Shown here one piece after another: positions 55,159-63,652 of a stretch of 64,000 nucleotides of DNA. The stretch is from a virus (taxonomy: Duplodnaviria > Caudoviricetes), in the IMG/VR virus record IMGVR_UViG_3300025000_000055. One strand, 5' to 3'. A program made the position numbers and the translations under genes. Position 1 is the stretch's first letter; each line of letters starts with the position of its first letter. The notes under the pieces were generated by a model. It was not told the origin of the DNA, made no database searches, and saw nothing but the letters and a program-made list of their open reading frames with translations.

Positions 55159-56031
55159 TTATAAAAATTTTTTATTTTTCATATCAGAAATAACATCTGA
55201 TACTTTAGGATATGTTTCAGCACTTACCTGTGTAAATTGAATCCGACGAGCACTATCTTTACCTCGTTTATCATCTCTTTCACGACGGTCAATAAAATAG
55301 GCTAGTCTTTCTTTAATTTCTTTCTTCTTACCTTCTTCAAGATAAGATAAAACAAAGTTAGTTAAAATATTCCAGATTATCATCTGTTTGTCATCTAAAT
55401 GACGGATGATATCTTTTCTTTCAAGGGCGATTTCCATAATAACTGCATTCAAAAAATCTTCATTAAATAAAGACATAAAAAGTTTCTTTAAAATTTTATT
55501 GTCTAGTTTTAATTCAGATTCTTTACTCAAAGCATAAAGTTTACGAATAAGTCTCTGCACATAAATTCCAATTATCCTCTCATTTTCAATCATAGATTTA
55601 TCAGGTATAATAGCTAGTAATTCCTTAATTGTACTTTCATCTAAATCAACTTTTTTCTTAATTTTCTTGACTTTCTTTTTAAGCAATTCATCAATAATAC
55701 CACAGTATATATCATTAACATCAGTTTCAATCTTATCATGATTTCTTTCTAAAAAGTTATAAAGTAAAACAACCAATGCGGGGTCGTTGTTTTCTTTATT
55801 TTCTTTAACAACCTTCTTCAGAGTTTTAGCAAATTTTAAATCCATCATTTTTTCAAATATAACAGTTACAATGTCCTGCTCCTTAAAACCTCTGCGAATA
55901 TAAAAGGTTGTAAGGTCTGAAAGGTTATCTGAAATCACACGAAGCCTTTCATCTTTATTCATTTTCTTAGGTTTCCATTCTTTTAATAATTCTTTTACTG
56001 ACATTAAAAATTCCTCCTTTAAAATATACAA
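55159..56031 (-). CDS. Hypothetical protein
   Basis: 290 aa ORF; AACA-N6-TA at 56054-56043. Confidence 0.75.
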   Translation of the reverse strand: MYILKEEFLMSVKELLKEWKPKKMNKDERLRVISDNLSDLTTFYIRRGFKEQDIVTVIFEKMMDLKFAKTLKKVVKENKENNDPALVVLLYNFLERNHDKIETDVNDIYCGIIDELLKKKVKKIKKKVDLDESTIKELLAIIPDKSMIENERIIGIYVQRLIRKLYALSKESELKLDNKILKKLFMSLFNEDFLNAVIMEIALERKDIIRHLDDKQMIIWNILTNFVLSYLEEGKKKEIKERLAYFIDRRERDDKRGKDSARRIQFTQVSAETYPKVSDVISDMKNKKFL

Positions 56032-56208
56032 TAAGTTTCTAATATTAATTTGTTGTTTATTTACAAATTAATTTTTATAATTCTCAACTCCTTAAAATTT
56101 AATCTTTATACTTTAAAAATAATATATATTTATAAAGTAAATATAATTTTTTATATAATAATAAAAAATAAACATAGATAATACACTATCTATGTTTATT
56201 TGCCATCA

Positions 56209-57036
56209 CTAATTAAAACAATCTAAAGTATAAATTCCATCTTTATCTGGACTATTAAATATTATTGATGTTTCATCAGATATATTTAGAGCTGGACGAA
56301 CACCAAATATCATATTAATAAAACATGATCTATACGTCACCCCTAAATAATTAACATAGGTGGGTGATGGTATAAGAAATGATCTACTTCGTAACCACCA
56401 CATCCACCCATGATTTCTTTCTCTTTTTTTCTTATTAATTTTAATATTATCATTATAACATTCTTTTGATAAAGTTGTTATACGTTTTTCAATATTCCCA
56501 ACAAAAATAGGCAAAATATCAGAACCTTCAATATTATTAACTTCTGCTCCAACTTCCACTAATGATAAAAGAAACACTTTATCTATTAAGTCATCAGTTA
56601 ATTTGGTGTCATGTTCATTTTTTATAACCTTAATATTAGTATCTAAAATCTTAGAAAATTCATTAGTAGTAAAGTGACTTAAAAATCCTGAAACTGTATT
56701 TAACCAGTAACGTATATCGGAAGTACCATATGATTTTATTTTATCTTTTGAAAAAGGGTGTAAATCAATAATTTCATCTGTCAATAAAGTAACAGAATTC
56801 TCAGGATAACCCGGATGGTTCTTAGCAACTATTCTCCAAATAACAGGTGTTATTTCATTGTCACCAACTTTATAACTACCAAATCTAACTTTGTCACTAA
56901 TATTTAATTCTTTAATTAATTTAGACATATCACCACTCCTTTTATATTTTTTATTTAAATATAATATATAAATATAATCTTTTATATTTGTTTCTAGATA
57001 TATAAATATATAATAAGATGTGTTTATTAAACACAT
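56209..57036 (-). CDS. DUF6273-like protein
   Basis: SDIRYWLN..FL..F, DKVFLLS..E, WWLRS, GVRPAL; the true start is probably MSKLIK. Confidence 0.65.
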   Translation of the reverse strand: MCLINTSYYIFIYLETNIKDYIYILYLNKKYKRSGDMSKLIKELNISDKVRFGSYKVGDNEITPVIWRIVAKNHPGYPENSVTLLTDEIIDLHPFSKDKIKSYGTSDIRYWLNTVSGFLSHFTTNEFSKILDTNIKVIKNEHDTKLTDDLIDKVFLLSLVEVGAEVNNIEGSDILPIFVGNIEKRITTLSKECYNDNIKINKKKRERNHGWMWWLRSRSFLIPSPTYVNYLGVTYRSCFINMIFGVRPALNISDETSIIFNSPDKDGIYTLDCFN

Positions 57037-57225
57037 CTTATTATATATTATTTACTTAAATTATCTAAATTAGTTTTTACAGATGACTCAATTAATGTCT
57101 CTAAATCATCCTTTTTTTTAATCTTTTTCTTTGTTGGGTCCTCAATATCTAATTCCCCAAATACACCAACTTCAGTTAGTAAACATAGTTCTTCATTATT
57201 TTCTAACATATTTTTCAACCTCCTA

Positions 57226-58935
57226 TTATTTTAAAGATTTTTTAACTAGTAAACCCTTTGTAACTAAGTCACTATTTATACCCATACTCGTCAAATGCAC
57301 ATCAATTAAATTTAATGTTACTTTATTTTCAACATTATTAGTCAAACTATTTAGAGAAACAAATCCTTTTTGTGCTATAGATGCATACATTTCATTCTTC
57401 ATAACCATATCATCGGCTCTCGGCGATAAGTTCATATTGTTCGTTAGACAATACAGTTCTCTTATGAACTTCCCTAGGGTTTCCCTAGGATACCAGACTA
57501 TATCACTAACCTAAAAATATTAGGTTACTTCCTATTTCGATTTAAGGGATTCTCACCCACTCACTTGAGCCCTACTCCTATTGCTTATTTCAAAGCCTAA
57601 AGGGATAGTCGTTGAACTTTATTCTTATTTTTTAATCATAATTTTATATTTTTTCGAAATATGACCCCATTTACCATATTTTATACCATCTATTAAACTA
57701 TAAAAACTATTATTGTTCTTTCTTTTTTTATAACCATATATATGCATTATTTGCATTTGAGTAAGCCCCTTCTCAAGATATTCGCATATTTCAGTAACTA
57801 ACGCTTCTGAATATTTAGCATAATAATTTAAACTACCATTACAACCAAATCTACTTTTACCATGAATTAAACTAAAGTCATTATTTTCTTTAGTTGTAAC
57901 CCATTCAAGATTTTCGTAATAATTATTAAATGAACATGTATCTTTATGATTCACATTGATTATACATTGTTCTTTATTATAACCATTAATAAATTCCCAA
58001 GCAACAAGTCTATGTATTGCAACATTTTTAATTTCTTTATTTTCACCCATTAATCTTAAATGTAAATATCCTTTTTTATCATGAAAACATTTTAAAAATC
58101 TATCAGTTTTTATATTTTTTATTTTACCATAGTTACTTATTAAATAAGTATTCTTTTTAATAGATGGATATGTAATATTTCGAAAAATTTCTTTATCTTT
58201 TTTAATAACTATATACATTTTTTATCATCCTTTTAAAATAAATTAAAAAAATGTATAATAAGATATTAAAAAATAATATAACTTATAAATAAGAATCTTA
58301 GCTGCGGATTACTCAATCTTTTTATTTATATAAATAAAAAGCTCTAAGAGCTTCCCCGACAATTAAAGAAGTTTTCTATATATGTTACCAATATATAGGG
58401 GCTAAGCTATGTAACCCATTAGCTCTCTTAGTGCATCATTGGCTCCAACAGATAATAATGAAAAGTTTTCTTGATCTGATTCTCTAGCGTTTTTATCTTC
58501 ACCAACGACCTGACCAGTCATTGCAGAACGACTTGAACTTTTTGTTGATAAAGTATTTTTTTTACTCAATAATTGTTGCATTCTTTTAATATGAACATAA
58601 CCAACAGGTACTTCGTATTTAGTAACAACGGGATTATCAATATTATTATTAACAAAAGGTACTACTATTTTTTCGAATAAAGGTATATCTAATACTTTAG
58701 CCGCTTTTTCTATATTGTCAATATTTAAATCTCTCTCATAATCAACCATATCTAAAATAAGATATTGGTCATCATCTTTAAAAAATTCTTTAAAAAAAAT
58801 ATCGAATTGTTTATCACTCATTGGTTGAAATAGTTCTTTATATTTTTTAGTGTTTATACTTGTTGGGTCTAAAGCATCAAACGTATCATAAATTAGTTTT
58901 TCCATCTTTTTTCTTTTATTTTTAATAAGATTCAT
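57226..58935 (-). CDS. rpoB: Second RNA polymerase beta C-terminal fragment (probably virion RNAP), join(58935..58414,57423..57226), about 239 aa
   Basis: VGYVHIKRMQQ...RESDQENFSL...ALRELMG|PRADD aligns by eye with the bacterial beta C-terminus GEME..AL...TVKSDD. Confidence 0.8.
57424..58413 (-). mobile_element. Family group I intron with HNH ORF
   Basis: 5' end TACATAGCTTAGCCCC is identical to that of the 49441-49773 intron; ends ATGAACTTATCG. Confidence 0.92.
57625..58218 (-). CDS. Intron-encoded NUMOD4/HNH homing endonuclease
   Basis: YLISNYG, IHRLVAWEF, VNHKD..NN..ENLEW. Confidence 0.9.
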   Translation of the reverse strand: MYIVIKKDKEIFRNITYPSIKKNTYLISNYGKIKNIKTDRFLKCFHDKKGYLHLRLMGENKEIKNVAIHRLVAWEFINGYNKEQCIINVNHKDTCSFNNYYENLEWVTTKENNDFSLIHGKSRFGCNGSLNYYAKYSEALVTEICEYLEKGLTQMQIMHIYGYKKRKNNNSFYSLIDGIKYGKWGHISKKYKIMIKK

Positions 58936-59032
58936 CCTCCTTTACTAAAAATATATACATCTTTCTTAAAAATTTGTTCTGTAAATATGAAAAAACAATT
59001 ATTTAAAATAAAAAGGAGGTTGATTTTTTATT

Positions 59033-59464
59033 ATGGAAAAAAATATTCTTATTATTAAAAGAGAGCTTAATATAATAAAAATAGATTATTTAGATAAAAA
59101 TAAAAATACTATAGACAAAGTATCTTACCAAATAAAGAATATGGGATATGAAGCATTTGATGATTTCAAAAATACAGTTGTCCCTTTCTTTAAAAAATAT
59201 TTTAAAGAATCTCAAATAATTTTTTTAAATGAACGCCATTTATTAACTTTATTTGTAAAACTATTAAAAATTTGTATTAAAGATGATAAAATCCCTCCAA
59301 TTAGAGCTAATATTAATGAGAAAAAAAGACATTACATTATAAATATATTTAAAGAGATTGATGATTCAAAAATTGAATCAAATAGAAATATGACATTTAA
59401 TTTATTTAAATATTTTGATTATTTAGTATTAAATTATTGCTGGTTGGATATAGGAAGGAAATGA
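59033..59464 (+). CDS. Hypothetical protein
   Basis: 143 aa; AGGAGG RBS; AACA-N6-TA at 58994-59005. Confidence 0.7.
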   Translation: MEKNILIIKRELNIIKIDYLDKNKNTIDKVSYQIKNMGYEAFDDFKNTVVPFFKKYFKESQIIFLNERHLLTLFVKLLKICIKDDKIPPIRANINEKKRHYIINIFKEIDDSKIESNRNMTFNLFKYFDYLVLNYCWLDIGRK

Positions 59465-59767
59465 TAAATATGATTTATACAATTGGCCATACAAAATCTT
59501 ATTTACAAGGATTTAAAGAACACAAAAATAATCCTGAAAAATTTAGAAAATTGGGAAGAAAAGATAATTTTGAAGGTAAGTATTATCCTGGTGGAAGTGT
59601 ATTTAAAACATATGATGACGCAAATAAATATTTAACTGAACATAACAAAAAATAATTACTCAGTGTTTGGTGTATTAGCTGATTGGAAAAAAGATACAGA
59701 GTGGGATGGTAAATTAGAATATAATGATTTATTAGTAAGTGCTCAATTAATTTTATTAAACGAATAA
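59461..59767 (+). pseudogene. Small gene apparently frameshifted at an A6 run
   Basis: Frame stops at TAA 59653-59655; the +1 frame continues NYSVFGVLADWKKDTEWDG...LNE to 59767. Confidence 0.5.
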
Positions 59768-59770
59768 ATA

Positions 59771-59812
59771 TAATTTTACTAATGTAGAATAATAACTACA
59801 TTAGTAAAATTA
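59771..59812. terminator. Bidirectional terminator
   Basis: 17-bp stem TAATTTTACTAATGTAG / CTACATTAGTAAAATTA between convergent genes. Confidence 0.8.
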
Positions 59813-59843
59813 TTTTATGAAACTAACGCACAGAAACTGAATG

Positions 59844-61083
59844 TTAATTGTTAGCCAAAAACCAAGAAATATAGTCACCCATACGAGCAAATAATGCATT
59901 GGTTGGATGTAAGTCATAAGTAACAGACTCAATATCACCTAAATAAATTGATTCGTTTAAGCTATTTATACCAATGTTGTTATACCAGTCACACACAGGA
60001 CACCCATACAATTCACCAACAGTCTTAATCGCGTTTACATAGTCAACACTTAATTTACCTTCATTATTGTACGTTGCTGTCGTATCAAAATAATAACCCG
60101 GAATCGGTGTTACTAAATAAACCCTCATTGTCGGTTTAGTGGTTAGAATTTTTTCAATGCTGGCCTGTAATGCCCCATAAAATGTATTAGTATTAAACAC
60201 TGAACCAATTGGTTGTATTGTGCCTAAAGCAATTGCTTGTAAATGGTCATTTGCCCCCACTTGTTATTGTTACAGCATTACCATCGTAAATATGAGTATT
60301 TATTATTGCGTAAATTTCTGGCATAGTTTTACCACCAGAGCCTTTATTAAGGATGCTACAACCTAAAATTTCCCTCATATACGTTTGATATCCCTTTACT
60401 GATTGTCCTGATTCTATGTGTGTTGCTGCAAAAACACCACCATCATAAGCAGTAATAGAATCACCAAATGTTACGAAAGTTTTTCCTGCCCATTTACTTT
60501 TTGTTGATGGGTCAACACTTTCACTACTCACATAACTTCCAGCTATACCTAAATACGGTATAAATTGACTAATGGGTGTTAACTCATGCCCTCCAATAAT
60601 CAGGGTTCCTTCTCTGAAATACAGATTATAAAAATCTACCATATCATCAACCATTATATCAAGAAGAACATGTAGATACCTATAGTTATTGGGGTTGCTC
60701 CACTCAACAGATACCAAAGCGTCTAACTGCTGTTTTACTCCTATATTGTATGTTCCATAGGAGATATACGGAGGGGTTAAGGCTTGACTGGTTCCTAATG
60801 TTCCAGCTACAGCGCTGCTTGTTAAATACAACTCAGCCAAAACAGTATTTATCCTTGGGTCACTACTATACATTTTTGCTTTATGTTGAATTGTTATTGT
60901 TCCACTTAATTCCTCCAAAACAGACGCTAAGTCATAGATAATAGTTACATAAACAGTAGTCCCACTAGATCGTTTTGTGTGTATAAAATCCCATGTAACA
61001 GAATTATTTTCCAAGGCACTTACAGCGGTCTGAAGTATTTTTATGTTTTTTCTTGCTTTACTATCTACTGGTAGTATCAACAT
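59844..61083 (-). pseudogene. SGNH hydrolase module protein B3, frameshifted by one extra G
   Basis: FGDSIT...TITSG then GANDH in another frame; G5 (plus-strand C 60254-60258) where G4 restores the frame. Paralog of 5423..6646. Confidence 0.85.
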
Positions 61084-61515
61084 TTATACTGCCCCCTTCC
61101 AGTAAACACCTTCTCCATCATTATCGGCATCAATTTTGAGAGAGTTTAGGTTGGAAACTGACCAAACGGTTATATCATCGGCTAAAAGCGGCTTGGCATC
61201 TGTTTTTAATCCGTCCTTGGGATAAATGTAAATGTTCCCAGTGTTAGTTGACATTGCTTCAATTATTACTCCCTCACCACATCCTTGGTCTATTGCGAGT
61301 AATTCAGGTGTACCTGCTACTGTAACAGTTTTTATCCCAGCTATTGCAACTGTTCTACCAGTTAGTTTACTATTAGTTTCTAGTGTTCCATCACTACTAT
61401 GTTTCTGAGGTATAATTAACCCAGAAGATAATACTGAATAAGGAATTTGTTTTATAGCCATACTATTAGCAGGATCTGTATAAAACACTTTCTTTGGTAA
61501 ACCAAACATTAACAT
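61084..61515 (-). CDS. Constant-N/variable-C module protein A3
   Basis: Shared N-terminus to NSKLTG; TAAATG coupling to B3; AACA-N6-TA at 61553-61542. Confidence 0.85.
   Translation of the reverse strand: MLMFGLPKKVFYTDPANSMAIKQIPYSVLSSGLIIPQKHSSDGTLETNSKLTGRTVAIAGIKTVTVAGTPELLAIDQGCGEGVIIEAMSTNTGNIYIYPKDGLKTDAKPLLADDITVWSVSNLNSLKIDADNDGEGVYWKGAV
61358..61416 (-). repeat. Module-head repeat copy 3 (59-nt identical core)
   Basis: ATTATACCTCAGAAACATAGTAGTGATGGAACACTAGAAACTAATAGTAAACTAACTGG is identical in all three copies. Confidence 0.95.
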
Positions 61516-61626
61516 ATATATCTCCTTTCTTCTTTCATATTTATTTATATGTTTTAATTGGATATTAGCTACAAAGAATGTAAATAAAGATGAATAAAAA
61601 ATAAAGATGGTGGCCCCTAATTAATT

Positions 61627-63057
61627 TTATAATAACAGATTACCCACAATTTTCCCCCTATGCTTAATTCTAGTCAATGCTATTTCTGGCATTTCCCATA
61701 CACTATCAAAATCCCAATTTTCATAAGTTGATTGAGAATACATCTCTAATGTAGTTTTAGGAATACCTTTCATTGTATCATCTTGATAAGAGGTCTCCAT
61801 ATTATAATAACAGTTTGTTACAATCCCTGTACCTACCCATGCTAAATATTGCCAACCAATAAGACCACCAACATTAATTCCAGAACCATTAACTTTACCT
61901 ATTGAATAGCAATTTTTTAATGCACAATCACCCATACCCATAAATCCGCCAACACTTTCATTAGTTTCACTTGTCACACTACCTAGAGCATAACAATCTT
62001 CTATAGGTGCTTCCCAACCAGTACCAGTAAAACCACCAACATATCTTTTTCCTGTAACATTACCAGTAGAAAAACATTGTTTTATATTAGAAGTATAATC
62101 AGTAAAAGCTATAAATCCTCCAGCATGTTCTGCATTTCCAGTTATATTCCCTCTTGCAAAAGACCTTAAAATAGGGCATTGTAAATAACAAACTAAACCA
62201 GCCGCATACCTACCATTGGACATTACAGCTCCAGTTGCATAGCAATCTTCAATACTTCCTTCAGTTCCAGTATGAACTATAAAACCACCAGCGGAAGCAT
62301 TATCTACAGTAGTACCAGTAGAAGTTACGTTACCTGTTGCATAACAATTTTTAATTGGTATAGATGAATAAGAGTTAGCTATAAAACCGCCAGCTTTATA
62401 TTTAGCAGTAACATCACAATTAGAAAAACAATTATGAATATTACTATAGTTACCAACAACTAAACCACCAGCATCACCATTAGTTATATTTATACTTCCA
62501 ATAGAATTACAATATTTAATTTCAGCATAATTGTCTGTACAAATACCACCAGAGTTATATTCTGAAACTATATTCACATCCACAGTACAATAACATATCT
62601 CCCCATTTTCCCAGTTTCCTGGGGATATACAAGAATTACCACTTACATAGCAATTTATTATTTTACCTTCATGATATTGTTTAATAATAGCACCATTACC
62701 ACCAGTATCAGCATTTACTACTCTTAAATTTTTTATTATTCCAGTAGAATGAGTACCAGTAAATATTCCTTCACCAGTTAGACCAATAATTGCATAACCA
62801 TTACCATCATAAGTATTATCAATTAAACCATTTGGTGGTCCTACTAAAGCTGTCCATTCACCACTGTTGGTTAAATCTAAATCATTCATTTGAATATAGT
62901 TTCCAGCCATATTATTAGCTACTGCAAGTAAATCATCTAGATTATAAATTCCTATATACCCTTCAGGAACCTCTGTCAATAATATAACTTCTTTATAACC
63001 AATAAGAGAATTATCTATATTAAATAATTTTCTCCATTTTAAAAATGGGTATTTCAT
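61627..63057 (-). CDS. GLUG-repeat beta-helical protein, module protein B2
   Basis: Repeated AGG(L/F)(V/I)...I.NCY(A/S).G.V units. Confidence 0.75.
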   Translation of the reverse strand: MKYPFLKWRKLFNIDNSLIGYKEVILLTEVPEGYIGIYNLDDLLAVANNMAGNYIQMNDLDLTNSGEWTALVGPPNGLIDNTYDGNGYAIIGLTGEGIFTGTHSTGIIKNLRVVNADTGGNGAIIKQYHEGKIINCYVSGNSCISPGNWENGEICYCTVDVNIVSEYNSGGICTDNYAEIKYCNSIGSINITNGDAGGLVVGNYSNIHNCFSNCDVTAKYKAGGFIANSYSSIPIKNCYATGNVTSTGTTVDNASAGGFIVHTGTEGSIEDCYATGAVMSNGRYAAGLVCYLQCPILRSFARGNITGNAEHAGGFIAFTDYTSNIKQCFSTGNVTGKRYVGGFTGTGWEAPIEDCYALGSVTSETNESVGGFMGMGDCALKNCYSIGKVNGSGINVGGLIGWQYLAWVGTGIVTNCYYNMETSYQDDTMKGIPKTTLEMYSQSTYENWDFDSVWEMPEIALTRIKHRGKIVGNLLL

Positions 63058-63094
63058 ATTTAAGTAGCTATTAATATTAACACCCTCTTCCTCT

Positions 63095-63616
63095 TTATAA
63101 ACTATACCCCCAAATATTTAATTCAGTAATTGTGTTAGAACCACCGGCAGATACAACAAGACTAATAGAAGTACTTATTGTTCCTTTTAAAATAGGAACA
63201 GAAGATAAAAGACCAACTCTTTCTCCCGATAATGAATCTTTTCCAATAATATCATAAAATTTTTCAATTATTCCATCTTTCAATTTAATAAATATGTCAT
63301 TGACAGCTGTAGCATTACGTAAACACACAAGATAACCTAAAACATAATGAACTTTTTCTTCAATTGCGTCTATAATAGAAATTTGTTCTGAATCAATAGA
63401 GCTTGTTGTATGAGAAATGAAAGGAATTGCATTCAATGGTAATGGTATACTATTAGTTCCAGTTAGTTTACTATTAGTTTCTAGTGTTCCATCACTACTA
63501 TGTTTCTGAGGTATAATAATACCTGATGGTAATATAACATGTGGTATTTGTTTTATAGCCATATTCATATTAGTATCCAAATGAAAAACCTTCTTTGGTA
63601 ACCCAAACATTAACAA
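63095..63616 (-). CDS. Constant-N/variable-C module protein A2
   Basis: N-terminal 53 aa nearly identical to A1. Confidence 0.85.
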   Translation of the reverse strand: MLMFGLPKKVFHLDTNMNMAIKQIPHVILPSGIIIPQKHSSDGTLETNSKLTGTNSIPLPLNAIPFISHTTSSIDSEQISIIDAIEEKVHYVLGYLVCLRNATAVNDIFIKLKDGIIEKFYDIIGKDSLSGERVGLLSSVPILKGTISTSISLVVSAGGSNTITELNIWGYSL

Positions 63617-63652
63617 ATAGTATCACCTTCCTTTTATATTTATTTAATTGTT
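63459..63652 (-). repeat. Module-head repeat copy 2 (inverted relative to copy 1)
   Basis: 188/194 nt identical to 4889-5082. Confidence 0.95.

Noticed and set aside
16745-58413. Dispersed 150-300 nt repeats as a CRISPR array, IS elements or a new ncRNA family
   Set aside because: They carry group I P/Q/R/S elements and their removal restores conserved protein motifs; there is no spacer periodicity and no transposase.
63057-63083. Alternative GTG start (MLIL..., like B3) for the GLUG gene implying another frameshift
   Set aside because: Only a four-residue resemblance and 26 nt out of frame; insufficient evidence.
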